This document shows positions 39,587 through 51,301 of a DNA stretch of 64,000 bases, piece by piece. This DNA comes from Marsupella aquatica (lineage: Eukaryota > Plantae > Marchantiophyta). Each line of letters starts with the position of its first letter. Positions within the stretch are counted from its first letter, which is position 1. The notes under the pieces were generated by a model. That model was not told the DNA's origin and searched no databases. It worked only from the letters and a program-made list of their open reading frames with translations. The DNA is taken from contig OZ316897.1 in NCBI GenBank assembly GCA_973895155.1, positions 2,619,416 through 2,683,415 of the forward strand, given 5' to 3'. The position numbers were made by a program, and so were the translations under genes.

Positions 39587-40371
39587 TGCACTAGTAGTAA
39601 AACTTGTTGTGGGCCCAGAATTTGACCCTAAACTAACTATCATGGTTTTATTTATATTAACATATTACTTTTCTTCTTTTGTTTTACAAACACTTAATTG
39701 GACTTTGAAATTTCATCTCACTGTTATATATGCAACCTTAGCCGTTTCCAAAGCTATCCTCATGCATGCCACCTTTTTGAAAACCCTAGCTGTAACCTAA
39801 ACACATGCATTCTCCATCTTGTAAAGAAACTCTCTCAAACATTTCCATTCTACAAAATTTTCAAACAACTCTCTTTGCAAAACATTTTCAAGCTTGTCAA
39901 GAAGCAACTTCTGAACACTTTGTGAATAACACACCATCGGTAATTGTGATGCCAATGTGTTCTCAACTTTGCGAATCAACTGGATTCGGTAACTTGCGAC
40001 TATTTATGCTTCACAATATTGTGCGAAGCTAATAGGTTTACAATATATATTTGAGTACATTATTATCGCTAAATTATGAAACAAAATAGATCCAAATGCA
40101 GTCGCGATGGTCGCGGATCCACAAATACTTTGCGAGACGAATAGTATCTGAAAGAGTTGCGAATTCAATCCGATCTCAAACAAATTGCGAGGTATTTAGC
40201 TTCGCAACACCATGTTGCGAACCTGTGAGCATGGTTTATTGTGATGCGTGTTTGATCACAAAATATCTGAAGTTGATGACATCGCAAGACCATCTCGGCG
40301 TAAAAAAAAAGCTTCGCAAAAGGGGCCAATATGTAGTAGTGGTAGATTCTGATTATGGAGGCTGTCTGGAT

Positions 40372-40574
40372 CCCTGGGCCCTCACTCCGTGTAAAATAAG
40401 TGGACCCCCCTGCGATCGGGCCCTTTTCCTGTTTACCCCTTGTTATTTCCATTTTACTATTAAAAGTTCCCTTATTACCGGTAATAATTATAATTATTAG
40501 TTCAAAATGAATAAAAATTACCCTTTGAGCGTTCGCACGTCCTCCATGTATTAGTTAAGACTGAGGGCCCAGGG
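40372..40574. mobile_element. 203-bp MITE with TIR CCCTGGGCCCTCA and 8-bp TSD GTCTGGAT
   Basis: Perfect 13-bp TIRs; TSD at 40364-40371 and 40575-40582; splits the copia GCLD|TRRS codons. Confidence 0.9.
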
Positions 40575-41384
40575 GTCTGGATACAAGGAGGTCTACAACT
40601 GGGTTTGTATACACTCTTGGAGGAGGATGTATCAGTTGGAAATCTACCTTGCAGAAGTGCATATCTCAGTCTACTACAGAAGCAGAGTATGTTGCAGCAG
40701 CAGAAGCAGCAAAGGAAGCAATTTGGTTGGAACACGATTTCGGACCGAACGAGAACTATTTCCTCTAAACGAGAAGTGTATTTTCATTTTCCGCCGAATC
40801 TCGCAAAATCAAAAGTTTTTTTCATCAAAAATGCATTTTTGGGGAAATAATGTAAAATTTTCGTATCGGAGTTCGGATTGAAACAGCAAATTTAATAATG
40901 ATCAAAACCAATGAAATTCATGCTAACAAACATTCATATTATCAAGGAACAATTAGATCCGAAAAACTTTATCCTCGACCTCATATTCACGCTCTCCAAA
41001 GATATATGAAAGGTCTTATCTATAAATCCATATCCACGTTTCGAGCCAAGTGCGATAACTGTATCGGACTCCGGATTTGAGCCACGAAAACTCCGACCCA
41101 ATCTCAGGTTTCTCAGTTTTTGGATATTTACCAAAAATATTTTACATCACAGTCGATAAGAATAATTACTGCACGGTTCGTCAAACTTACCTTGCAGTTA
41201 CCTCCGCAATTGACCAGTTACCTCCGCAAGTGACCATAGTCAACATGCCATTCTTTCAACAGCAATGCGCAGTCCGATAAAATTATCGCGAAAACTACGG
41301 GCGACAAAAATACTAGTCGACAATACTAAGATCCTTCGGTTCATCGGTTAAATTTCAAAATTCCTATCCATATGAAGAAAACTC

Positions 41385-41570
41385 TTCGCAATACCAACAT
41401 CAGATAAATTTATCGCTTCAATTTCAAAATTGCAACTTCCATATGAAGGAACCACTTTTGCAATACCAACATCAGATAAATTTATCGCTTCAATTTCAAA
41501 TTGCAACTTCCATATGAAGGAACCACTTTTGCAATACCAACATCAGATAAATTTATCGCTTCAATTTCAA
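41385..41570. repeat. Tandem repeat of 71-72 bp, each unit carrying AGATAAATTTATCG
   Basis: gcaataccaacatcagataaatttatcgcttcaatttcaaa three times. Confidence 0.85.
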
Positions 41571-41677
41571 AACTATATAATTTTGCCACGATGCACGTGT
41601 GAGAATGAAATTGGAAATCCAAGAAATATACCCTTTTCTGCTATTTTGTCGTTTAGGGTGACAGCCAATCAAAAGTG

Positions 41678-41713
41678 GACACGTGGGCCAACCCCTCAAC
41701 AGACACTATAAAA
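41678..41713 (+). promoter_or_regulatory. Putative Pol II promoter of the transposase (CACGTG G-box plus TATAAAA)
   Basis: gacacgtggg at about 41678 and TATAAAA at 41707, about 150 bp upstream of ATG 41858. Confidence 0.45.
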
Positions 41714-41857
41714 GGGCCACCGCCGATAAGTTTTTGGCGTCATTATCGAGAGTAGAGTTTTGGGAGTTGTGTTCTTGGAGCAACATTCTGTCCGTTGAGC
41801 CTTTCGTTTTCCCTGATTGTGAGAGGAATGCAAAGCCCCATAGTGTCTCGGATAGCC

Positions 41858-44800
41858 ATGTCTCAATCAGACACAGATTCACCTTCCAGTTCAGTTGAAT
41901 CCTCTCCTAATCTTGTCGCTCGCTGTTTGCCAAGTTGCATACTTAAAGCTCTACCTCTCTCACAGCAAATAGTGCCCAAAATCTCTGACTCAGATTCTGA
42001 TGCAAGTTCTGGTCCTGAGCCCAGTGCTTACTATGTGTCGCCTAGTAAACCTGAGAAACGTTGTCTCTTGAGCGTTCCATCGCCAAGAAATGAGAAACTT
42101 TCAATCCCAGGTTTAGGTCCGAGACGTCGCTTCAGGCCATCCATCCCGGGTTATGGAGAGGGTATCCGGCGACCGATATGCGTATCGCAGTCGGCATTCA
42201 AGTCGCCACATTCAACACAAGTTCAACGACGGATCTTTCAGTCTCTGGGTGAGGATCGGGACACAGAAATACAAAGACCGATACAACGATCGGTCTTTGC
42301 ATTGCCTGGACTGGATGTGCGAGCAAGCGAGGGAATCGGACTGCAAAGTCCAGACTCGGCCCTTTCTCGAATGGTCCGTGGGAATCGTGGTGAACAAGTG
42401 CTCAATTTTCCAGCAGCTCGCGGAGTTGTTGGGACTGCACGTGCGAATCCATAATCTCCAAGTTCTCAAGGGCGGACTATTGGTTCCAGGCTCCAAGTAT
42501 CGAGGAGAGGTCTTAGTGGCGTTCGGGTTATGTATAGAGAGCCACGGAGTCCAATTGTGTTTTCAGATGAGTCGAGTGCATCGGAGGACGAAGATGAGGA
42601 AGGAGATAGAGAATCCGATATAATAGCACAAGTTGTGTCTGAATGTTTAGAAGGAGCTGTCGAAGAGAATAGCTATAGTCGTCTATTCAGTGCCCCTCTA
42701 AATGCGTCAAGGAGATCTATAGAGGATGGTAGCTCAGCAGAGAGTGATGCATCTATTTGCGAGGCACCTGAAGGACCCGAAAATGCCAATGTTATGAACG
42801 GATTTCAGGTTGTAGAGAAGTCAAATGAGCCTAGTAAAAAAGATAGGGACCGAATTACTAGGAAAGACAATGTGATAAATGACAAATTGAATAGAAACAA
42901 AATGAGAGAAATTCATAAGTATTCGTGTTGTGATAATTACTGTCTGCGGAATTTGGGTCTGCTAGCCGTGACGAAACAATGCACTTATTACTATGGGCTA
43001 TCCTACCCAGAGAAGAACGTCCTTCTAAGAGGATGTGTGAAGGGTGGGCATGCTAGTGCAAGTGGTTACTCAGTTAGCGGTAGATCCTTTTGTCGAAGTG
43101 GTTTTAAGAAATTATTTTCACTAGGAAATAATCGTCTCCAAAAAATCTCGCAGAACATGTTTTTTCGGATACAGATTGGTACAGTTTGTCGAGAAAAATC
43201 ACCCGCACATCTTGGTCTCGTCCAATGGCTGGATGATTTTTTTTCCACAAATGTCGAGAGTCTCCCCAACAAGGATATCTTTCATTTACCTGACAATTGG
43301 AAAAAAACAAAAGTTTTTGATGCCTTCCAGTCTGAAACTCTAATGCGCCAAGAACAAGGCATGACATATTCGTGGTTTGTTCACATTTGGAACAAGGAGT
43401 TTCCTCGTGTGCGCATCCCCAAAAGGAGCCATTTCTCCACCTGCGCCCCTTGTACTGAATTCAAAGCTCTCCGTGACAAGGCAACACTCAAAGCAGAAAA
43501 GAGTAAGTTTCTAAACCTGTGTGTTACTCCCGATAATTTTATCGGGTTGAGTATTCATGTGCTTCTTCTTTGGCCATGTGAGTGAATATATCGTTTGAAC
43601 AGTTTGAATACTAAACCTGATAAATTTATCGCTGTCACAGTTTTTCATTATGGTCTTGTGTTTGAATACTGAACCCGATAAATTTATCGTTGTCAGGGTT
43701 TATCATTACGGTCTCGTGTTTGAATACTGAACCCGATAAATTTATCGCTGTCAGGGTTCAACATTGCGGTTATCATGTTTTGTCCTAAACATTTTTATTA
43801 TTGTAGGAAAATTCTCAACATTGCTAAACGAGCATCGGAAGGCACAAGCAATCGAGAGGGAGAAGTTAGCAAAGCATCGGAGCAAATGTTACAAGAATCC
43901 GGAGAAATATTTGGGCATCTGTATTGATGGAATGGATCAAAAGAAGATAGAGTTACCTCATTTCATTCGATGTCCGAAGAATATGGATGAAAAGTATTTC
44001 ATCCCCGTACACGTAGTGGGTTGTTTGATCTTTAACAAACAATTAAGTTCAAATGTTTTTTTGAACTATCCTAATATTCACAATGATAGCAACCTGACCA
44101 TCCACGTTATCCAGCATATTCTGAATACTTGGGAAGGTCTGCTCCCTCCAGTGCTTTACCTCCAGCTTGATAACACAGCTCGGGAAAACAAGAATAAATA
44201 TCTTATGGCATATTTAAATATGTTGGTGGAGATAGGTGTTTTCCAGAAAATAAAGGTTGGTTTCCTATTGGTGGGGCACACCCATGATCAAATTGATCAA
44301 ATGTTTAGCAAGTTTTCTTCAAAATTGAACAAGCGGAAAGCTTTCTGGTTGGACACTCTTTCAGCAATCATAGAGGAATCCTACAATCCTACGGCAAAGA
44401 TATTTTTCATCGACGAGGTTGCCGATTTCAAGAAATTTGTGTCAGACAAGGATCAAGCAAATGACAAGGATATGGATGGTCAGGTTCTACGTACTCTCCA
44501 CGGCATAAGTGCTCAAAAACAATTTCGGATTACTAGAGTACTCGAAGATGGAAGTGCTCGATCCGTATTCCATGCCAAACATCTTTCAACGACAATCGAT
44601 TGGGGGGAGACGGTGGATTTTTTTCGGTACATTCCATCATCTAGAATGTGGGTCGCACCACAAATGGCATTGAAGTCGGCCACGGGAGTGACAGGAGACA
44701 ATGAAGAGCAAGAGAATGATGTTGAGGAACAAGATGAGCGGGCGGCTCAAAGTTATTTGTCAACTCTTCAAAAATATCGAAGAGCAATTGAAGATGGATT

Positions 44801-45416
44801 CAATTACTTTGACGACGCAGATCGTCTATGGTGGGGTCATTTTTTTGACAAACAAAAAGAAGTGATTCAGCATCACCTGAAACCTGGACAATGGAGTTTT
44901 GATTGGAGTTGACCCAAGGTAAACGTACAGAGAGAACTTCAGAGTAATCCTACGGAAGCAGCAATGGAACCTAGCTTGGTTGATAAAGTAGCGGGTGTGA
45001 GGACAGTCATGTATTCCGGAAGTCGAAGAAAAGTCACAGAAATTGGAGACTTCAAGGATCTAGAGGTGAATACTAAATTTGCAATGATATGTGTAGCAGC
45101 CCATCAGGATCCCAAGGGAAGACCATTCTGGATGGCAAAAGTGACTGAGATTCTCACAAGAATTAACGACATCCCGGAGCGGATTAAAATCACTTGGTAT
45201 GCAATGGATTCGGAGGAAGAGTCTGCAATTGAAGGCAGATATTATCCGGAGAAAGAGGCTTCGTCTAGCAAAGTACTGGAGGATGAATTGTCCCTATCAG
45301 AAACTGCCATTTATGCGTATAACTTTGCGTTATTGGCAAATAGTACTCTCCCTATACAAACAAGATGAATCATTCAAAATGCAATGGAGACTGTAGTCGT
45401 TGATAGTCGAAGCTAG
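41858..45416 (+). pseudogene. DDD-type transposase (Sola-like / DUF7869-like); exons 41858-43502 and 43807-45416; in-frame stops at 42452, 44910 and 45366
   Basis: Cys clusters CCDNYC and FSTCAPC, candidate catalytic IDGMDQ, QLDNTARENKN, LVGHTHDQIDQMFS; phase-1 GT-AG intron 43503-43806 joins the frames; the ORF pieces are all co-frame. Confidence 0.8.
43600..43760. repeat. 58-bp tandem repeat in the transposase intron, each unit carrying the CGATAAATTTATCG palindrome
   Basis: tttgaatactgaacccgataaatttatcg...gtca three times. Confidence 0.85.
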
Positions 45417-45931
45417 TTTCAGGTTTAAGTTATAATGGTTATCGTTCCCATGAATATGTACAGTGGTTATCGTTCTGGGACTATGTACTCCGCAACTATA
45501 ATGATATCTTTTTTTTTTAATAATTGCAATGACAAACCAGTTAGAGAATACAATGTTGTCCGATAAGATTATCGACAACACCGCGACAGTCCGATATATG
45601 CAAAGTCCGATAAATTTATCGCATTAATAAATGTGACAAAGGTTCTTCCTCATGGAATATAGAAGTCGATAAATTTATCGACAACTTCATTGGTGATTGA
45701 CATTATCCTAACGAGCACATGCAACTAATCTAATAACATGTCATTGAGATCATCCTCATTTGGTGTTCTGGGAGGCTCTTCCTCAGTTTCTTCTTGTTCC
45801 TCTTCGGTCTCCTTCACGACCTCAACTACGTAAGTTGATGTCCCGAGTACACCCAATTGGCCTGCAATTGGTGGTTGAATCTCATGACCTTAAACGCCGT
45901 GCCCTTCAATCTGGGATTCTTCATATAAATT

Positions 45932-48900
45932 CTAGTTTGACTCCAGAATCATGATCCGGGATTTTACAAAACCAATCTGCGCAGAACTCTTATCAACAGC
46001 ACAACCCTGGCGAGAATTGAGGAGCGTAGCAGCTAATGTCGATCCGGTTCCACAACAAAGATCAATAACCCAATCCTCTTTCTCAGAGAAATGGGAAACA
46101 AACCAAGCCCCTAAACCAACAGGCTTTTGATATGGGTTCACAACAAATCCCAACGGATCAACGGACTTCTTGGTTACACATGGAACCTTGATGATATTGA
46201 CGCGAGACTCATTCGGTTGGAAATTGTACATGTTCATGTTCCGAATGCCTTCCTCACTATAGAAACCTATCGACCAGTTCTCAAAACCCCACGCCAATCG
46301 AGCTCCAGCGGGACGCTCATGAATGTTAGTCTTCTCCCAGATTCCAGCCTCGACCCCACAGTTGCATACACTCTCCAGTGCAGACATCACCATATGCGTT
46401 TGTTGTAGTGAATGGATCACAACAAACCTCCACTGCTTAGCGGTCGTCATCTTTGAGAAACTTGTCAACATGTCTAAAATGTCCTTTTCTATGAAGGCCA
46501 CTTCATCAAACTCCGAACCAGGAGCATTAAAACCATACGGAATATCCGCAACCGTAAGGGTGTAAGCCCTTGGCTGAACAAAAGAATCCAAAATTCGAAC
46601 ATCACCAACATGGAGATAGTAGGGAAAAGAATCCCCGTCTGCATTTTTCCATGTTTGTTCAAACGCTTCTGCTGTGCCCTCGCCTAAGGACCTCAGCTGA
46701 TTGTACTTATCGATTGCAGCAAGCACAAAATTCTTAAACACATAAGGGATTTCAGCTGAGGGAACAATAACCTCCCCCGCAGAATTATAAGTGACAGCCG
46801 GAACCACTTTGCTTTTCCTTTTTGAATTAATCTTCAGCTGTAAGAATGTCAGACACATCTATAGTTAGAATAGCGTGAGATGAATGCTAAAGCCGATAAA
46901 AATCTCGCGATGGAGCACGCTAGCCAATAGATGGAATCGCTTAGAAACCAACAAAGGAATGCTAAAGCCAATAAAAATCTCGCGATGGAGCACGCTAGCC
47001 AATAGATGGAATCGCTTAGAAACCAACAAAGGAATGCTAAAGCCGATAAAAATCTCGCGATGGAGCACGCTAGCTGATAGATGCAATCGCTTAGAAACCA
47101 ACAAAGGAATGCTAAAGCCGATAAAAATCTCGCGATAGAGCATGCTGTGAGAGGAATGCTTACCGCGTCACTCAATTTCTCCGCCCATATGCCAAGGACC
47201 GAGACATCTGTTTCGTTGGGAAACATTTCTCTGCATGTTGCCCAATCTGGCTGACCAGATATCTGCAAAAATAGTTTCTTCACCTTGGCAAGCTTTTTCA
47301 ACTTCTCACCTTCCTTATGCATTTGATCCAAAGTGATCACCTTCCCGATAACCCTATTCAAGAGACGCTTGACATGCTCTTTATTTGACAGTCCTTGGAG
47401 ACCTCGAAATGAATTTAAGTTGAGGTCACCAGCAAGTTTATTCATTTTAATCTCCCTTACCGTCAAAGGTTTTACCTTTCCCTTTGCGTTCGTCGTTGCC
47501 ACAATTTTTTTGGGTTGTCCTAAGACAATACCTTTCTCCCACATCTGGAAAATCTTCTCCTGAAGATCCCAAATTTCACCTGTTTAGAAAGCAATTTGGA
47601 AAGCCGAATCATGTTTGGCCATGGAGTCACGAACTCCCGGCGTGTACTCCATCATGCATTCTTGACAACATGCTTCGCGAACATCTTTAGTCGAGCCCAC
47701 ACCCATTTCAAGGAAAATATTGTGACAAGCGCGAACTTGGTCAATTTTAGTCATGTTCTTCCGATACTCCTGGTCATAGTTATACTGGAAGCCTAACTTT
47801 CGGACCTCGAATCTCGTAAGCCCAGCGTAAACCCAAGCTTCCAGCTCACCATATATTTGCTTCCCGTACATTTTAAACAACTCGGACTTTGCCCGAGCAC
47901 CATGATTCCCTCCAATAATTCTATACTTCCATACCCTTGACTTCAGGATGTCCCAATCTGCGTTTGTGGGACAATCCTTCGGATCCACACACAGCACGAA
48001 CGGGGCACTGAAGTTGGTGGGGTTTTTCATGAGAAGTATCTTGATATTTTCCACATGCAATCTATCCACTGGTCTAATCAAAGTTGACAAATCCCCCTCC
48101 TCATCAAATATGAGATTGTCGACATGCAGAAGCACAGTTGTCCTTTGCACCCTTCGTTGCATCAGAAGACTGAGCTCTGCCTTGATCGCGTCCGTCTCAT
48201 ACATCGAAAGAGCCGTCTCCTCCTCCTGATCAGCCTACAAAAGCGTTGCAAATTCAATTAAGGAAAGAAACTGCAAGATTTTTATCGGAGTTCGCATTTG
48301 TTCAACATAACTCCACAATCCGCAATTCAGGAAATAAACAGCGAGATTTTTATAGGATTTCATGTTTGTTAAACAGTACAACGACATAGTACTTACCAAT
48401 GGCGCCGCAGGAACCGCGACTGGAACTGATGGAATTGACGGAGCTCTATCTACTTCTGCAGCCACCGTCTCAGTCCAGCCAGTCCTCTTCCTCTTTGTGC
48501 TAAGTCCAGAACCAGATGGCCCAGATCCCTCGGATCCTTTACTTTCGCTTGGTTTAACGGATGGTCCTCGACGGTTGCCCCGGCCTCTCCCACTACCGCC
48601 AATTTCCTGGCTCTTCTTCCCACCGTCAGAGGTTCCCGCGGCATCTCCCCTGCCGCTACCTCTCCCTTTCCCTTTTCCACTTCCCGAAACTCGACCAGAA
48701 GTTGTAGGTTCGTCCATGTCAATATGTGTAGAGGATTGCAATGGTTCTTTCCGCCCCGATATTTTATCGGCATTAGAACCACCGCTGCCACTTGAACCTG
48801 GTTTCTTGAAAACAATTTTGTGGACAGGTTTGAACTCTTCACCCACAAGTCTCTTGTACTCTGCGTTCACCCTTGGAAGCATGATGGCATCACAATCTTG

Positions 48901-49365
48901 CACATACTGGCCGATCCAAGCCGAACCCATAACATTCATCTCTCTTGCTGCCCGAACATCGGCAACAAGGGGATCTTCTGGATAACTGTCCATCGATTTC
49001 TCATCAAAGTTATCGAGAGTAACAATGAGAGATGTGAAACCCTTGCGCCCACACATTGTCAAGAAACTAAGGCCCTCTGTCAACACTTTTCCCTCCCCGT
49101 GGCCAACCATGAACTCGATGACGGCAACAGCAATGACAGGGCCATACGAAATATTAACCTTCGCCGATTTTTGCAACTAGACCCAAAGGATTGGGGTAGC
49201 ACAGTCTTCGAAACCCGTGGACTGTAATCTGGCGTCACGGAAGTACCATGACTTCTTGATACACTTGACCTCTTCACAAATGTCTTCACTTGTCCAAATT
49301 GCATTGGTGAGGCTTGTCATGAGACTTTCTGCCTCAGCAGATCCACTCTTTCCACTAGCAACCAT
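45932..49365 (-). pseudogene. ParB-like domain + beta-class N6A/N4C DNA methyltransferase fusion; exons 49365-48397, 48234-47164, 46837-45932 (~980 codons); in-frame stops at 49177 and 47584
   Basis: ParB/Srx-like LIRPVDRLHVENIK...YRIIGGNHGARA; MTase motif IV ADIPYG precedes motif X YQKP and motif I VIDLCCGTGSTLAA; both introns GT-AG, phase 0. Confidence 0.78.
46882..47143. repeat. 75-bp tandem repeat (~3.5 copies) filling intron 2 of the ParB-MTase gene
   Basis: Units start at 46882, 46957, 47032, 47107 and contain the palindrome variant CGATAAAAATCTCG. Confidence 0.9.
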
Positions 49366-49664
49366 GGAAAAGTCTGCAAATAAACAAATTCCAATGCAAA
49401 GAGCGATAAAATTATCGCCGCCAATCTCACAACACATGTGGACATGACATCTCATCACACAAGGACAAAGAGACCGATAAAATTATCGCAAAAGTGAGCC
49501 TTCTTTAAATTGACGGCCGAGTGTACAGGTCGAAGAATCAGCTACGGAACCCTAAATCCAAAACCTTAACCCCTAAACCTAAATCCTAATCATAGTTGAA
49601 CCTCGCCAGAGTGAAGCGTTCGATCCGCTTCTTGGGCCATTGGGGAATATGAGTGACGCGATGA

Positions 49665-50285
49665 TCATAAGCCCACAGCTTCACTAGTCTCAGGATTCAC
49701 TACTGCTACTGAATACCGGCGTGACGGAATGTCACAACAAGCATTTGTGCAGCATGGACAGATCTCACCATTGGCAAGGACATTCGTCCACAGGCAACTT
49801 ACATAGATCAAGTTAAAGAGCCCACAGACCGGCTGGGGGGGGAGTTGACGAATCTTGTATGAATATAGTTTCCCACCAGTGTCAATAAAAAACTCGGTGG
49901 CAAGAGGATTGTCCAGCTCGTCAATCACATCCTGAATCTCATCGAATGCTCTACGTCTGTTGTCGACATAGAATTCTGGCTCATAAGCAGGATTGCCCTT
50001 CACAACATGACAGCAGTGGAGTATAAAACGTCTTACTGCACCGGTTTTCAGAAAGAGTAGGATAACTCTTCTAGAAAATCCAACATATCTATCCCACCGA
50101 ATATAAATTTCTCCCCCTACCTGATCTACGTAGAAGTGAAATGCGTTATGGTAAAACGGTTTTACTACCAGCCTGCATATCTTTAAAATTAGTGACTCAT
50201 CCAGCCTCCTTAGCTGGTCCAACATGGCTCCATTCCCCCATTCTGGAGGATCCAGGTAGGGTACAAAAATGCGTCGCTCGAGCAT
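49665..50285 (-). CDS. Orphan transposon cargo ORF (206 aa, Cys-rich C-terminus)
   Basis: Intact ATG-initiated ORF between palindrome clusters; no family recognised. Confidence 0.5.
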   Translation of the reverse strand: MLERRIFVPYLDPPEWGNGAMLDQLRRLDESLILKICRLVVKPFYHNAFHFYVDQVGGEIYIRWDRYVGFSRRVILLFLKTGAVRRFILHCCHVVKGNPAYEPEFYVDNRRRAFDEIQDVIDELDNPLATEFFIDTGGKLYSYKIRQLPPQPVCGLFNLIYVSCLWTNVLANGEICPCCTNACCDIPSRRYSVAVVNPETSEAVGL

Positions 50286-50577
50286 GGCCTGATCACCGAA
50301 TAGAAATCAGGAATAAATTTTGGAGAACATACTAATTACAATTCTACAAGTTTCATCCAACTTTATAGTACCTTGTATAACGGGCTGTGAAGCCAATGCA
50401 CTTGTCAGCTAATCGTCCAAAGAGGCGCAAAAAAATACACTCTGGACCACACAACCCGAAGTCAGGGGAGGCAGAGTCAATTATATTCAAAGTGTTTCTT
50501 TACAAGCACCCAAAATCGACTAGAGGAATGAGGAGTGCGATAAATTTATCGGATGTTCGCAGCAATGCCTCATCCAC

Positions 50578-51107
50578 TCAGACTCGTCCATGCCATGCAA
50601 GAATTGTCCGCTTCCCGCTTTCTCCAAGATTTATCCAAACTCTACGAAACTGATCTAACTGCTCATACGAAAAGCACCCAAGCATATCTATGGGAGGGAG
50701 GAAATGAGTTTCCTCTCGGAAGACCCTAGCAATATGTAGGTTTGAGAGAAGGTCGGCATTAGGAATGCTTGCAAGCATTTTGTTTATGTCATTGATCTCA
50801 CGAACTGCATATTTCAATAGCGCCCAAAATCATGTACCAACAACAAGATGGTTCCATTTCTTCGAGGTGGCTCCAAGACAAATGATTGTTCTCATTCGAG
50901 TCAGTCGTTCTTCTGGTAGAAGTTTTAGGTCAAGGCCAAGGTGCTCATCTTGTGTGCAAGACAAGGCTAGGAGGGGCCAAATGTGAGAAGTCCATTCAAC
51001 AAACTTCCGCATTCCACACCGGGCACTTTTCCTCGAATATATTTCCTACGCTTGTGGGCTAAAACGGATCCCATCTTTGCAATGATTAGATTCTCCGATG
51101 CAGCCAT
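50578..51107 (-). pseudogene. Disrupted orphan cargo ORF
   Basis: ORFs 51012-50830 and 50817-50578 are co-frame across one TGA; the upstream ATG at 51107 is out of frame. Confidence 0.35.
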
Positions 51108-51301
51108 GAAGCAGAGCTACCAAAACCACCAATAAAAATACCTTCAATCACCAGGTGTAACCGAACACATCCACAGTACCAACCCTGCACGACAGTTTAA
51201 CGATTAGGACTCGTGACGTCTTATATTCGTTGCGCAAGGGTAGGACTTGTTTATTTAAATATGTCCTTCCAAGACGCGCCTCAATGAAAAGGTCGAAACA
51301 G

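Larger units (their letters stand above)
30444..40341 (+). mobile_element. CACTA (En/Spm) DNA transposon, about 9.9 kb
   Basis: Termini CACTACAACACTATCGG / CCAATATGTAGTAGTG, 3-bp TSD GTA splitting the copia VGYV|DSDYGG; TCGCA/TGCGA subterminal repeats; TnpD homology. Confidence 0.93.

Noticed and set aside
45932-46858. Bacterial contamination as the source of the methyltransferase
   Set aside because: The gene has spliceosomal introns and lies within TIRs and a TSD nested in a plant copia element flanked by plant genes.
46865-47143. Repetitive ORFs (MLKPIKISRWSTLANRW... and ACSIARFLSALAFLCWFLSD...) and a CRISPR-like look
   Set aside because: Plain 75-bp tandem repeat with no unique spacers, inside a GT-AG intron; the translations are incidental.
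48362-48985. 207-aa plus-strand ORF
   Set aside because: Antisense to the G/S-rich linker of the ParB-MTase gene.
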